NCBI GenBank assembly: GCA_013152535.1
Contig: JAADGE010000001.1
Coordinates: forward strand, 7-64,006
Length of the DNA stretch: 64,000 nt
Source of the DNA: Chlorobiota bacterium
GTDB taxonomy: Bacteria > Bacteroidota > Bacteroidia > Bacteroidales > JAADGE01
Direction: 5' to 3'
Below, piece after piece: positions 47,247-59,200 of this stretch. The notes beneath the pieces are model-generated. The model ran no database searches, was not told the DNA's origin, and saw only the letters and a program-made list of their open reading frames with translations. Numbering within the stretch: the stretch's first letter is position 1; every line of letters begins with the position of its first letter. Both the position numbers and the translations under genes were made by a program.

Positions 47247-49259
47247 ATGAACTTCAAACTTGTATCAGACTATAAACCCACGGGCGACCAACCGCAGGCA
47301 ATCGCTGAACTTATAAAAGGCATAGGGGCAGGAGAGAGGTTCCAAATTTTGCAGGGTGTTACAGGTTCCGGAAAAACATTTACCGTAGCAAATGTTATTG
47401 AAAAACTTAATCGTCCGGTATTGGTTTTAAGTCATAATAAAACATTAGCTGCTCAATTATACGGTGAATTCAAAAGTTTTTTTCCGAAAAATGCCGTTGA
47501 ATATTTTGTGTCGTATTACGATTATTATCAACCCGAAGCATACATTCCTTCTTCCAATACGTATATTGAAAAGGATTTAAGCATTAATGCCGAAATTGAA
47601 AAACTGCGGTTAAGCACAACAACTTCATTATTAACCGGCAGACGAGATGTAATTGTAGTTTCATCGGTATCTTGTATTTACGGTATCGGGAATCCCGAAG
47701 ATTTTTATTCCAATTTGATTGATGTAAAAAAAGGACATAAGTTACCGAGGAATAAGTTCTTACGCGACCTTGTTTCAAGTCTTTATTCACGTAATGATAT
47801 TGAATTTAATCGCGGAAATTTCAGGGTCTCAGGTGATACCGTTGATATTTTTCCCGCATACAGCGATATTGCACTCAGAATTTCTTTTTGGGGTGATGAA
47901 ATTGATGAAATATTGACGTTTGACCCGATAAACGGGCATACTATTGATAATTTAGATTACATCAGAATTTATCCGGCAAGTATTTTTATGACGACTAAAG
48001 AACGTTTGAACCAAGGAATTGACCAAATTGTACTTGATTTGGGAAAACAAATTGAATACTTTAAAGAAGTGGGGAAACATCTTGAAGCAAAACGCATAGA
48101 AGACCGTGTAACGTATGATGTTGAGATGATTAAGGAATTAGGATATTGTGCGGGAATTGAGAATTATTCACGGTATTTTGACGGCAGAAAACCCGGAAGC
48201 AGACCTTTTTGCCTGTTAGATTATTTTCCCGATGATTTTTTAGTAATAGTTGATGAAAGTCATGTAACTCTGTCACAGGTTCATGCGATGTTCGGAGGAG
48301 ACCGTTCAAGAAAAAGAAATTTGGTTGAATACGGTTTTCGCCTGCCGGCAGCTATTGATAACCGACCTTTAACTTTTGAAGAGTTTGAAGGCTTTGACAA
48401 ACAAACAATCTATTTGAGTGCAACACCGTCGGATTACGAATACACGAAAACAGAAGGAGTTGTAGTTGAGCAAGTTATACGCCCTACAGGTTTGATTGAT
48501 CCGCCGATTGATGTTCGCCCGAGTTTAAACCAAATTGACGATTTAATTGCGGAAATCAGCGACCGTGCACAAAAAGACGAACGTGTTTTGGTAACAACTT
48601 TAACCAAACGTATGGCGGAAGAATTAGCAGCTTATTTTGATAAAATAAGAATCAGAAGTCGTTATATTCACTCTGATGTTGACACGCTGGATCGTGTACA
48701 AATTATGGAAGATTTAAGACGCGGCATATTCGATGTTTTGATTGGCGTAAATCTTCTTCGCGAAGGGCTTGATTTGCCCGAAGTTTCACTTGTTGCAATA
48801 TTGGATGCAGATAAGGAAGGATTTTTACGCTCGGCACGTTCATTAACACAAACTGCCGGACGAGCAGCTCGAAACTTGAACGGAAAAGTAATTATGTATG
48901 CCGATAAAATGACCAAATCGATGCAAAAGACGATTGACGAAACCAACCGACGCAGAGAAAAACAGTTGAAATATAACGAAGAACACGGAATTACGCCGAC
49001 ACAAATTAAGAAAGAACTCGGAAAAATACATCTTTCCGATAAACAAGATGAGTATCGCAAAAAATATTATTCCGAAAGAAAAACATCAATTGCTGCCGAC
49101 CCGGTTGTAAAATATATGAATAAAGATGCTCTTGAAAAAGCAATTCAAAATACTGAAAAAAAGATGTTAAAAACAGCCGGAAATCTTGATTTTACGGAAG
49201 CAGCAAGATTGCGGGACGAATTGTCGGAATTTAAAAAACTTCTTAATAAACAAGATTAA
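47247..49259 (+). CDS. uvrB: Excinuclease ABC subunit B
   Basis: GVTGSGKTF, YYDYYQPEAY, VDESH, helicase C-terminal motifs, and a C-terminal UVR motif (FTEAARLRDEL). Confidence 0.95.
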   Translation: MNFKLVSDYKPTGDQPQAIAELIKGIGAGERFQILQGVTGSGKTFTVANVIEKLNRPVLVLSHNKTLAAQLYGEFKSFFPKNAVEYFVSYYDYYQPEAYIPSSNTYIEKDLSINAEIEKLRLSTTTSLLTGRRDVIVVSSVSCIYGIGNPEDFYSNLIDVKKGHKLPRNKFLRDLVSSLYSRNDIEFNRGNFRVSGDTVDIFPAYSDIALRISFWGDEIDEILTFDPINGHTIDNLDYIRIYPASIFMTTKERLNQGIDQIVLDLGKQIEYFKEVGKHLEAKRIEDRVTYDVEMIKELGYCAGIENYSRYFDGRKPGSRPFCLLDYFPDDFLVIVDESHVTLSQVHAMFGGDRSRKRNLVEYGFRLPAAIDNRPLTFEEFEGFDKQTIYLSATPSDYEYTKTEGVVVEQVIRPTGLIDPPIDVRPSLNQIDDLIAEISDRAQKDERVLVTTLTKRMAEELAAYFDKIRIRSRYIHSDVDTLDRVQIMEDLRRGIFDVLIGVNLLREGLDLPEVSLVAILDADKEGFLRSARSLTQTAGRAARNLNGKVIMYADKMTKSMQKTIDETNRRREKQLKYNEEHGITPTQIKKELGKIHLSDKQDEYRKKYYSERKTSIAADPVVKYMNKDALEKAIQNTEKKMLKTAGNLDFTEAARLRDELSEFKKLLNKQD

Positions 49260-49348
49260 ACCTTTTAATTTATAATATTACTTATATTCAATTAATTTAA
49301 CTTTTTAATTGGCAATAAAATTGATAATATTGCAGTAAAATAAAAAAA

Positions 49349-50185
49349 ATGTTAGAATTTCTTAAGAAACCGTATCCTTTTAATAATGATTTGAATCATA
49401 ATGCAAAAGTTGTTTTTTTTATAGGATTTGCAATCGGACTTTTTTTATTCTTTTTTGAGCCTTTTAATTTTAATGATTTCAGTTTAAGAGATAAATTCAT
49501 TGTATCTTCGCTTATAAGCTTAATAACTTTTGCTGTGTTGAGTTTCAGTATGATTATAATTCCGTCTTTTTTCAAAAAAGTATTTTCAATACAAAAGTGG
49601 AATGTTTTAAAAGAAATCTTTTGGAATACTTGGTTAATTTTTACCCTGATTGTCGGATATTATTTTTATTTCAGATTTAATGCCGTATTTATTATTAAAC
49701 CCGGTGACATATTAAAAATAATCCTTCTCAGTTTTCTTGCAATTTCAATATTGGTTGTTCTTAACAGAAACAGATTAGTTAAAATTCATCTTAATCTTGC
49801 TGTTGAACTAAATAAAAAACTAATGACGAAAATGGATTATGTTGACGACGAACTGCTTTTTGAATCAGAGTATAAGAAAGATTCAATTAAATTAACAGTT
49901 AAAGATATTGCAGTTATCAAATCTGCCGGAAATTATGTAGAATTTTATTATTTTAAGAATTCTAAAATAAAAAAGCATTTGTTAAGAAATACATTAAAAA
50001 ACATAGAAGATAACTTAAAAAATTACAATTTCATTTTTCGATGTCACAGAACTTATCTGATTAATACTGACTTTATTATTAAAGCAACGGGAGATTCGCA
50101 AGGTGTGAAACTTTTAATGAAAGGACTTGATTTTTCTGTTCCTGTTTCAAGAAACTATTTGGCAGGTTTAAAAGAAAAAATTTGA
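49349..50185 (+). CDS. Membrane-bound LytTR-domain DNA-binding protein
   Basis: Four N-terminal TM helices. C-terminal LytTR-like block (IAVIKSAGNYVEFYY...FRCHRTYLIN). Confidence 0.7.
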   Translation: MLEFLKKPYPFNNDLNHNAKVVFFIGFAIGLFLFFFEPFNFNDFSLRDKFIVSSLISLITFAVLSFSMIIIPSFFKKVFSIQKWNVLKEIFWNTWLIFTLIVGYYFYFRFNAVFIIKPGDILKIILLSFLAISILVVLNRNRLVKIHLNLAVELNKKLMTKMDYVDDELLFESEYKKDSIKLTVKDIAVIKSAGNYVEFYYFKNSKIKKHLLRNTLKNIEDNLKNYNFIFRCHRTYLINTDFIIKATGDSQGVKLLMKGLDFSVPVSRNYLAGLKEKI

Positions 50186-50387
50186 TATTTCTTCCCTTTT
50201 TTATACATTTTATCCCTGAAACAATAATTGTAATATTTGTCTGAAGAACTGCAAATTAAGATATTATAAAGATAACTTATCCCTAAAAAAGTTTTTCATA
50301 ACTAATTTTCATTTCTCGTAACTTAGATTTTTTTCTGCTTTCATACTCACATACTTTTGAGAAAAAAATAATTCAAAATATTCAGAT

Positions 50388-51527
50388 ATGAAACCGTTAA
50401 TAATAGGAAATTTAAAAGTGCGTGTTCCGATAGTACAAGGCGGAATGGGAGTAGGTGTGTCGTTATCAGGTCTGGCTTCGGCAGTTGCAAACCGGGGCGG
50501 GATAGGAGTAATTTCTGCTGTAGGGCTCGGAATGAATTATGATACAAAAGGCAAATATTCAAAACAAGCAAATATTGACAGCTTCAGAAAAGAAATCAGA
50601 AAAGCAAAAAAATTATCTCCTAAAGGAGTATTAGGTGCTAATATAATGCTCGCGGTTACAAATTTCGACGAACTTTTTAAGGTTGCAATTGATGAAAAAC
50701 TTGATATTGTGTTTGTAGGTGCAGGCTTATTCATACATAAACCGACAACAGTTACTGCAGAAGAATTTTTGAATTCAAATACTAAATTTGTTCCTAAAAT
50801 TTCTTCGGCACGAGCCGCAAAACTTACACTTAAAGTTTGGGCAGACAAATTCGGAAGATTGCCGGATGCCCTGGCGATTGAAGGTTCCAAAGCAGGCGGA
50901 CATCTCGGTTTTAAGAAAAATGAATTAATTAAAGGAACACAATCATTACATAATATTGTAAGAGAAACAAAAATTATTGTTTCTGAATACGAAAAGGAAT
51001 TCGGAGTTAAAATTCCGATTATTGCAGGCGGAGGTATTTATGACGGAATTGATATTTATAAAATTTTTAAAGCCGGTGCAGATGCTGTTAAAATGGGAAC
51101 AAAATTCGTTACTACTTTTGAATGTGATGCCGATATAAAATTTAAAGAACAATATTTGAATATTAACAAACCGAAAGATATAGTGTTGATTGACAGTCCT
51201 GCCGGTTTGCCGGGAAGAGCCGTAAATAACGATTTTTTAAAATCGGTAGCCTCAGGTGAACAAAAACCGGTAAAATGTGCTTGGCAATGTTTGAAAACCT
51301 GTAATTATAAAAATGTTTCTTACTGTATTGCAGAAGCGTTGTTTAATGCAGCAAACGGTAATTTGGAAAACGGATTTGCTTTTGCCGGAACTAATGCTTA
51401 TAAAGCTGATAAAATTCAAACTGTTAAAGAAGTTTTCGACGAGTTAATTTCTGAATTCAAGTATATTTCTAATAAAAACAGAAATTATAAAAAGACATAT
51501 GACTATGCAGTATGCGTTTCTGCGTAG
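50388..51527 (+). CDS. NAD(P)H-dependent flavin oxidoreductase (nitronate monooxygenase / FabK-like)
   Basis: TIM-barrel FMN motifs PIVQGGMGVG, EGSKAGGHLG and IIAGGGI. Confidence 0.75.
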   Translation: MKPLIIGNLKVRVPIVQGGMGVGVSLSGLASAVANRGGIGVISAVGLGMNYDTKGKYSKQANIDSFRKEIRKAKKLSPKGVLGANIMLAVTNFDELFKVAIDEKLDIVFVGAGLFIHKPTTVTAEEFLNSNTKFVPKISSARAAKLTLKVWADKFGRLPDALAIEGSKAGGHLGFKKNELIKGTQSLHNIVRETKIIVSEYEKEFGVKIPIIAGGGIYDGIDIYKIFKAGADAVKMGTKFVTTFECDADIKFKEQYLNINKPKDIVLIDSPAGLPGRAVNNDFLKSVASGEQKPVKCAWQCLKTCNYKNVSYCIAEALFNAANGNLENGFAFAGTNAYKADKIQTVKEVFDELISEFKYISNKNRNYKKTYDYAVCVSA

Positions 51528-51641
51528 AATCTTAATTTTTTCATAATTAGTTAGTTTTAAAAAAGCTTGATACTTTAATGTATGAGCTTTTTTTTAATGT
51601 ATAACACATAATTTTATTGAAAATTAAATCAAATATATCTG

Positions 51642-51857
51642 TCAAAAAGCATTTCGGGAGGTATTTAGTTTTATAATATCATCAACACTTTTAAAATGCT
51701 CAACTCTTCCTTTCTCAATATCTTTAATTGCTTTTCGTGTGCGAGCATTGGGAATTTTTTCTCTTTCTTCCGCAATTTTAACAAAAGGCAGGGTTTTAAT
51801 AAAGTTTAAAAATTCTTTTGCTCCTTTTATTTTTTCGTTTACGATTACTGTTACCAT
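51642..51857 (-). CDS. Small hypothetical protein, antitoxin-like C-terminal motif
   Basis: 71 aa. Contains IPNARTRKAIKDIEKGRVEHFKSVDD, which resembles small antitoxin/DNA-binding accessory proteins. No partner ORF is adjacent. Confidence 0.45.
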   Translation of the reverse strand: MVTVIVNEKIKGAKEFLNFIKTLPFVKIAEEREKIPNARTRKAIKDIEKGRVEHFKSVDDIIKLNTSRNAF

Positions 51858-51972
51858 AGTTGTTAATTTTGGTTACGTAGCAAATATACGACATTTTTTA
51901 AAAAACCGGAACAAAACCCGGGTACAATTTGTCTTATAATTAATATTATGTTAAATAGAGCAAATCTTAAAA

Positions 51973-52007
51973 GGGGGATAAAATTAATTATCCCCCCTTT
52001 TTTTTTT
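51973..52007. terminator. Strong bidirectional rho-independent terminator
   Basis: gggggataa-aattaa-ttatccccc forms a 9-bp stem, followed by T10 on the + strand and preceded by an A-run. It lies 1 nt from the stop of the 52009..53511 minus-strand gene. Confidence 0.8.
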
Positions 52008-52008
52008 A

Positions 52009-53511
52009 TTAATCAATAGTTTTTTTCTCTGCTCCGAGATTTTCAATCATATCGGTTATTCGTTTTAAGTTTGCCTGATCATGAAGTTTATAGTAAATTC
52101 GTTTTAATACACCTAATAAATCGCGGTCTTCGGGCTTAATTTTAAGAGTATTTTCAAATTTTTGAGCTGCAGTTTTCAAATAATCTTTCGCAGTTGTTTC
52201 ATAAATAGCAGAACGGTTAAAATCTTTATTTATAAATACTTTAAGTAACCAATCAGAGTGTTTAGCATTAATATCATTTCTTTTTAAATATAATCTGCCG
52301 ATATTATAAGAAGCATTAAAAAATTTAGGATTTATTTCTAATGACTTATTGTATAATTTTTCAGCTTTGGCAAGATTCGTTTCGATTTGATCAAAATATT
52401 CAACAGCTTTTGCAAGAGCTGCATCTCTTTTTTTCTGAAATTCTGCTTTTACTTTGGAATTATTCCTGTTTTGAAATGCTTTCTTTTTCAGTTCATAAGC
52501 TTGTTCCATATTTTTATCATACAATTTTGTCAATGTGTCTGTTTTATTATCAAAAATTGTTGCTTTTGCAGAATAATAAGACGGGTTATCCGGATTCTTT
52601 TCTATCGCAATATTAATGTATTCAATAGCTTTATCTTGCTCATTACGAGTCATATAATAATTAATCAAATCAATAATTAATTGTTCATAATCAGGATATT
52701 TTTCAAAGCCCTCTTTAACAGTAGATATGAATTTATCATTATTTTTTTCGTTAGCATAGCAGGTTGCCAGATAATGATATGAAGAACCGGGTTCATAATT
52801 ATCTTTAATACTTTTTTCAAAATATTTTTTTGCTGTATCATATTTACCTGCTTTAAAAGCTATAATACCTTCAAAATACTGAACTTGTTTTTCATTATAA
52901 GCTGTATCTTTGGGAGGTTTCGGTAATTGACATAATTTATAACCGTAATTCATTAAGGTAAAGGCATTATCATAATCATTCTCAGTATATTTTAAGATCG
53001 CTTTATTAATAATACTGTTTTTAATCATTTCATTCAAATCTTTAGTAGAAGTTTTTTCTTTTAAACTGCCTTTTTTATCTAATTCAACAGCTTTTAATAA
53101 TGCTTCTGCAGATTTTGTAAGAGCATCCTTATCAATAAAATCAGTTTGTTCCCAATGATCAAGAATTCCGTTTTTAAAGTATAACTTTTTGCGATTATAC
53201 ACCCAAACTTCAGTATCTCCTTTTTTTAATATTTTTCCCGGTTTCCCGACTAAGTATTCTGCATTTTGAATTCCGCTGTTTTTAGCAGGCATTCCTTTAT
53301 ACAAACCACCCAATACAAAAGTTGAAATATTAAAATATGTATCGGCACGCTTTATCCATGTTTTAGATTTAATATTTTTTTTAGGATTTGTGATTTCAAT
53401 ATCACTCTTCTCTTTTTGCTTTTTTAATCCTTCCCAAGTCGGTCCGGCTTCCTGAGCAAACATGATACCCGAAAAGAATATAAAAATAAGAATTACAGAT
53501 AATTTTTTCAT
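52009..53511 (-). CDS. Secreted TPR-repeat protein
   Basis: Signal peptide. Multiple TPR-like A/Y/N-rich helical pairs (e.g. YDTAKKYFEKSIKDN, KAIEYINIAIEKNPDNPSYY). Confidence 0.75.
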   Translation of the reverse strand: MKKLSVILIFIFFSGIMFAQEAGPTWEGLKKQKEKSDIEITNPKKNIKSKTWIKRADTYFNISTFVLGGLYKGMPAKNSGIQNAEYLVGKPGKILKKGDTEVWVYNRKKLYFKNGILDHWEQTDFIDKDALTKSAEALLKAVELDKKGSLKEKTSTKDLNEMIKNSIINKAILKYTENDYDNAFTLMNYGYKLCQLPKPPKDTAYNEKQVQYFEGIIAFKAGKYDTAKKYFEKSIKDNYEPGSSYHYLATCYANEKNNDKFISTVKEGFEKYPDYEQLIIDLINYYMTRNEQDKAIEYINIAIEKNPDNPSYYSAKATIFDNKTDTLTKLYDKNMEQAYELKKKAFQNRNNSKVKAEFQKKRDAALAKAVEYFDQIETNLAKAEKLYNKSLEINPKFFNASYNIGRLYLKRNDINAKHSDWLLKVFINKDFNRSAIYETTAKDYLKTAAQKFENTLKIKPEDRDLLGVLKRIYYKLHDQANLKRITDMIENLGAEKKTID

Positions 53512-53553
53512 TTTTTTGTTATTTAATATTTATTGAATAGGTTTTATTTAAAA

Positions 53554-56064
53554 TTAATTTTCAGAATTTGTATTGTCATCGAAATTTTCACCATTTTCAT
53601 TATCGGTTTCTTCTGTTATATCATCACTTTTTTCAACTTTTGCAACTGATGCTATGCTGTCTCCGTCTTTTAATTTTATTAATCTTACGCCTTGTGTAGC
53701 TCTTCCGGCAACCCTTACGGTATCAACACTTAACCTGATTGTAAGTCCGGATTTATTAATAATCATCAAATCATCACCGTCTTTTACATTTTTTATTGCA
53801 ATAAGCTTACCGGTTTTTGGGGTTATGTTAATTGTTTTAACGCCCTTCCCTCCTCTTTTGGTAATTCTGTAGTCTTCAAGATGCGATCTTTTTCCGTATC
53901 CGTTTTCCGATACAACGAGAATATGTTCTTCGTTATTGTTTTCTACACAAATCATCCCGATTACTTCATCCTCTTTATCTATACGTATTCCTCTTACTCC
54001 GGCAGCTGTTCTTCCCATCTTTCTTACATCTGTTTCATTAAAACGGGTGGCTTTTCCGTTTCTTGCGGCAAGCATAATATCATTATTTCCGTTTGTAAGT
54101 TTTGCAGAAAGTAATTTATCACCTTCATTAATTGTAATGGCATTTATCCCGTTTTGACGCGGTCTTGAGAATGCCTCTAATGAAGTTTTTTTAATTTTTC
54201 CGTTTTCTGTTGCAAAAATAATGTTATTTTGATTTAAATAGTCTGCATCATCCAAAGTTGTAACTTTCATATAAGCTGTTACTTTATCATCTTGTTCAAT
54301 ATTTATCATATTTTGAATGGCACGTCCTTTTGAGATTTTGCTCCCTTCAGGAATATCATAAACTTTCATCCAGAAACAGCGTCCTTTTTCCGTAAAGAAT
54401 AACAACCAATTGTGCATTGTAGCAACATACATATGTCTTAAAAAATCTTCATCTCTCGTTGTACTTCCTTTTGAACCTTTACCGCCTCTGTGCTGTGTTT
54501 TAAATTCCTTTAAATCGGTTCTTTTTATGTAGCCTAAATTAGAAATAGTAATCAGAACTTCATCATCGGCATAAAAATCTTCGGGATTAAATTCGGATGA
54601 AGAATAAATAATTTCAGTTTTACGTTCATCTCCGAATTTGTCTTTAATTTCCAGAAGTTCATCTTTTATGATTTCCATTCTTAAAGGTTCTTTTTCTATA
54701 ATTTCTTTAAGATGTGCTATCGTTTTAACTAATTCTTCATATTCCGATCTTAATTTATCTTGTTCCAGACCCGTTAATTGTCTCAATCGCATTTCAACAA
54801 TTGCACTCGATTGGATTTCGCTTAAGTTAAAACGTTCCTGTAATGCTTCTTTTGCTTCGTTAGGACTTTTTGAAGCTTTAATTATTTTAATGACTTCATC
54901 AATATTATCGGAAGCAATGATAAGACCTTCCAGAATATGAGCACGTTCTTCAGCTTTTCTTAATTCGTATTGTGTTCTTCGAAGAACGACATCGTGCCGA
55001 TGTTCAACATAATTGGAAATAAGATCAACGATAGTAAGCATTTGCGGGCGACCTTTAACAAGTGCAATATTATTGACACTGAAAGATGATTGTAATGCCG
55101 TGTATTTGTATAATTTATTTAATACTACATTTGCAATGGCATCACGTTTTAAAGTAAATACCATACGCATTCCGTTTCTGTCGGATTCGTCATTTGCGTA
55201 TGAAATACCATCGATTTTTTTATTATTTACCAAATCGGCAACTTTTGCAATTAAAGTAGCTTTATTTACTTGATAAGGAATTTCGGTAACAATGATTTGT
55301 TCGCGTCCGGATGCTTTTGTTTCGATATGAGATTTTGCTCTAATAACAATTCTTCCTCTTCCGGTTTTAAAAGCATCAATTACACCTTGATAACCGTATA
55401 TTGAACCACCTGTGGGAAAATCCGGAGCTTTAATGATTTTTATTAAATCATCAATATCAATATCGTTATTATTTATATAGGCAATAATTGCATCAATCGT
55501 ATCCGACAGATTATGAGGAGCCATATTTGTTGCCATTCCGACAGCAATACCTGAAGCACCGTTAACAATCAAATTAGGAATACGTGTCGGCAAAACTGTT
55601 GGTTCTTCTAAGGTATCATCGAAATTCATTCGAAAATCAACTGTTTCTTTATCTATGTCTTCCAACATTGCTTCTGCAATTTTCTTAAGACGAGCTTCGG
55701 TATAACGCATAGCAGCAGGATTATCTCCGTCAATTGAGCCGAAGTTTCCTTGTCCGTCAACCAAAGTGTAACGCATTGACCATTCTTGTGCCAAACGAAC
55801 CATTGCAAAATAGACCGAACTGTCGCCGTGCGGATGATATTTACCGAGAACCTCTCCTACTATTCTTGCAGATTTTTTATGTGCTTTATTTGAAGCTAAT
55901 CCCAGTTCTTTCATCCCGAATAAAACGCGTCTGTGAACAGGTTTTAAACCGTCGCGAACATCCGGCAAAGCACGAGAAACAATAACCGACATTGAATAAT
56001 CAATATAAGCCGATTTCATTTCTTTTTCTATATTAACAGGGATTATTCTTGCTGTTTCTTCCAT
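53554..56064 (-). CDS. gyrA: DNA gyrase subunit A
   Basis: QRDR context [11 protein letters not shown], active-site [11 protein letters not shown]-terminal beta-pinwheel repeats, acidic tail. Confidence 0.95.
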   Translation of the reverse strand: MEETARIIPVNIEKEMKSAYIDYSMSVIVSRALPDVRDGLKPVHRRVLFGMKELGLASNKAHKKSARIVGEVLGKYHPHGDSSVYFAMVRLAQEWSMRYTLVDGQGNFGSIDGDNPAAMRYTEARLKKIAEAMLEDIDKETVDFRMNFDDTLEEPTVLPTRIPNLIVNGASGIAVGMATNMAPHNLSDTIDAIIAYINNNDIDIDDLIKIIKAPDFPTGGSIYGYQGVIDAFKTGRGRIVIRAKSHIETKASGREQIIVTEIPYQVNKATLIAKVADLVNNKKIDGISYANDESDRNGMRMVFTLKRDAIANVVLNKLYKYTALQSSFSVNNIALVKGRPQMLTIVDLISNYVEHRHDVVLRRTQYELRKAEERAHILEGLIIASDNIDEVIKIIKASKSPNEAKEALQERFNLSEIQSSAIVEMRLRQLTGLEQDKLRSEYEELVKTIAHLKEIIEKEPLRMEIIKDELLEIKDKFGDERKTEIIYSSSEFNPEDFYADDEVLITISNLGYIKRTDLKEFKTQHRGGKGSKGSTTRDEDFLRHMYVATMHNWLLFFTEKGRCFWMKVYDIPEGSKISKGRAIQNMINIEQDDKVTAYMKVTTLDDADYLNQNNIIFATENGKIKKTSLEAFSRPRQNGINAITINEGDKLLSAKLTNGNNDIMLAARNGKATRFNETDVRKMGRTAAGVRGIRIDKEDEVIGMICVENNNEEHILVVSENGYGKRSHLEDYRITKRGGKGVKTINITPKTGKLIAIKNVKDGDDLMIINKSGLTIRLSVDTVRVAGRATQGVRLIKLKDGDSIASVAKVEKSDDITEETDNENGENFDDNTNSEN

Positions 56065-56205
56065 ATCTTTCTAAATCATTAATAATCAAATTGTTTAGTC
56101 ATTTTTACCTTTTTCAAAGAATTTGCTAAAATAGTGATATTTTATGATTAAATCTAAAATTTTTTGACAAATTTTATTAACCGATAATTGTTAATAAATA
56201 ACTGT

Positions 56206-59200
56206 TTAATCAACTTCAATAATTTTATTATTTTCAGGATAATACAGATAGGATTTTACCGGTAAGCCGTAATATTCTTTCAAAAGGTTTTTATATTCCG
56301 TTATCTGTTCTGTGTATTTTTTATTGTGTTTTCCGAATTTAAAATCTATTACAACAATTTCTGTTTCAGAAAAAAGAACACGGTCGGGAATTCTGATATT
56401 TCCTTTTTCCGTTAGCAAAGCATCTTCATTTATTACTTTGTATGTTCCGTCAAACCAAGATTTTACCGTTTCTTTATTTACCGCATTTTTTATTTTCAGA
56501 ATAAATTCTTCGGCTTCTTTTAATGTTAAAATACCTTCTGAATGTTGTTTCATAACGGATTTATCAATATCTTTTATTGTAATGATATTTTGAAAAATAC
56601 GGTGCATTAATTTCCCGTAATTTACTTTTTCTTCAAGTTCGGGAATGCTTTCAATGAAAAATTCTTCAGAATTTAATTTTAACTGAAGTTTATTTTGCCA
56701 ATGGTTTGAAGGGTATTTTTTTTCAAGAAGATATGATTTCTTTTCTTCCTTTATTAAATCTTTTTTTTCAGCTTTATGATTTATTGAAAAATCAAATATT
56801 TGAGTTTCGGGATTATAATATTCAGAGAAATTAAAAATTTCGGCACTATCCCCTACTCTAATATCAATATCTTGATTTACAATTTGATACATAGCATTAC
56901 TTGTATTTTTAATTGATGTATTTTTTTTTGTTTTAGGAATATTAAAAGATGAAAAAATAATTAATTCTTTCTCGGCACGCGTAAATACAACATATAAAAG
57001 GTTAATTGTATCAGTGTAACTGTAAAGCATTTCATCGAAATAATCTTTGCGGAAAAAAGTTTGAGACAAATATGAAGAATATTTAATCGGTAAATAAGGA
57101 ATTTTATTGAAAGGCTGATTATCAATTTTTGCCCATAAAATAGGTGCAGAATAAGAAGAATGGTCAAAATTGAAATTTGTATAAGGTATTAATACGGTAT
57201 CAAAAGCCAGACCTTTGGATTTATGGATGGTCATAACATTTACTGCATCCGTTTTATCGGAGATTTGAACAGATGTATTTTTTGCTTTTTCATTCCAATG
57301 TTCAAGAAATTCGGATAAATCGGAATAATATTTTCGAGTAAAATCAGTAATTATATTTTGAAAAGTTTTTATATAAGCAAATTCCTGTGTTTTGTCTGTT
57401 AAACCGAATATAACAATAAGCTCCTCGCTTAATTCGAATAATTCTTTTTGCAAAAACAGTTCTTGTTCATTTAAAAATTTTTCAGGCAATAATTTTATAT
57501 AATCTTCATTTTCAACAGATAAAAATACTTTATTATAATCTAAGGAAGCTGATACAGATTTTTGATATTCGAAAATTAACTGAGTTAAATTTATTTTATC
57601 GTATTTGTTATTAATATATTTCATTGCTGAAATCAAAATTCTTACAGCAGTTGAATTTTCGATATACAGAGCATCTCCCGATATAATTTTGTATTTTGCT
57701 CTTTCGTTTTTTTCATTTTGATAATATGTCAGTAATTCAGTAATTTCTTTCGCCTGTTTATTTGTTCTGACTAAAATACCGATATCACGAGGATTTTTAT
57801 AATTATTTTTCAATAATTCGTCAATTACTGCCGGAAATTTGTCTTTTAATTCTTCTTCATAATTATCTTTTTCAATAAAATGGATTTTAACATTACCGCC
57901 ATTTTTATCCGAGCCGGCAGGAACTTTTTGAATATGTTCCGCATAAGCATCAATAAGCATAGTGTTGTAATGTTCATTTTTAAGTTTTATTTTTACATTT
58001 TCGTTATTTATACTTTCAAGTTTTTCATTATATTGATTTTGAAGGATTTGAGGAAGAATTTCAAAAAAGGCATTATTAAATTTAATGATATTTTCCCTGC
58101 TTCTCCAATTTGTATCAAGTGTTTTATCTTCGATAAATTCATTACCGATATCATTTTTTACACCCGAAAGCAGTAATCTCCAATTTCCGCCTCTCCACCT
58201 GTAAACGGACTGTTTAATATCACCTACAATTAAATTATCGTAACCCATACTTAATGAATTTGCAATCAAGGGTTTAAAATTTTCCCATTGAAATCCTGAG
58301 GTATCCTGAAATTCATCAATTAAAATATGTTTATAGCGATTTCCGATTTTTTCATATATAAACGGTGCGTCATTATTTCCGATTATTTCTTTAAGCAGTA
58401 ATGTCGTATCGCTGATGAGTAAAACATTGTTTTCACTACGATATTCGGGTAAAAATCCGGCTAAATCATTTATAATTCCGAATGAATGAAAATTATTGAT
58501 AATTTGAACGGCAGTGTAATAATTTTCGTGTTCTTTTTCAAAAAAGTTAAAATAATTCATTAAAATTTCGGATAAATTATTGTAAACAGAATTTATTTCT
58601 GCAATAATTTCTTTTGCGGCATTTTTTGCATACCAATTCTCGATTCCTTCGCAGGCTTTAATTATAGTTGTCGTAAAGTCATCGTATATTTTATTTTTTG
58701 CGATTTTTGTAAGAAAGTGATTTGAAATTGTTTTAAATTTTGCTCCGAGCGATAAAATATCAATTCCTGCTTTTTCAATAATTTCTTTGTAGCCGTATGC
58801 AAATTCTGACATTTTATTTTCAAAGGAATTTTTTATTTGATACAACATTTTTAAATAATCGGAAAGCTCTTTTTTATTAAATTTTTCGGCATTTATATTG
58901 TATAATTTCTGAAAATGTTCTTTAAAAATTTCAGCAGCCAAATTTTTAATGTCTTTTTTAAAATCCCAATTCCGGCTTTCTTCGGTTTTGGAGTTTGAAA
59001 ATTGAATGAGCCAATTTTGTAATTCCTTATTTTCCGACAAAGAATTAAATAACATTTCAGTTAATTCATCAATTACTTTATTTTGATCTAATTCAATGTC
59101 ATAGCTTGAATTCAAATTCATTTCAAATGAAAATGCCCTGATAACTCGTTGCACAAAACTGTCGATGGTGTTTACGTTAAAAGCGGAATAATTATGCAGT

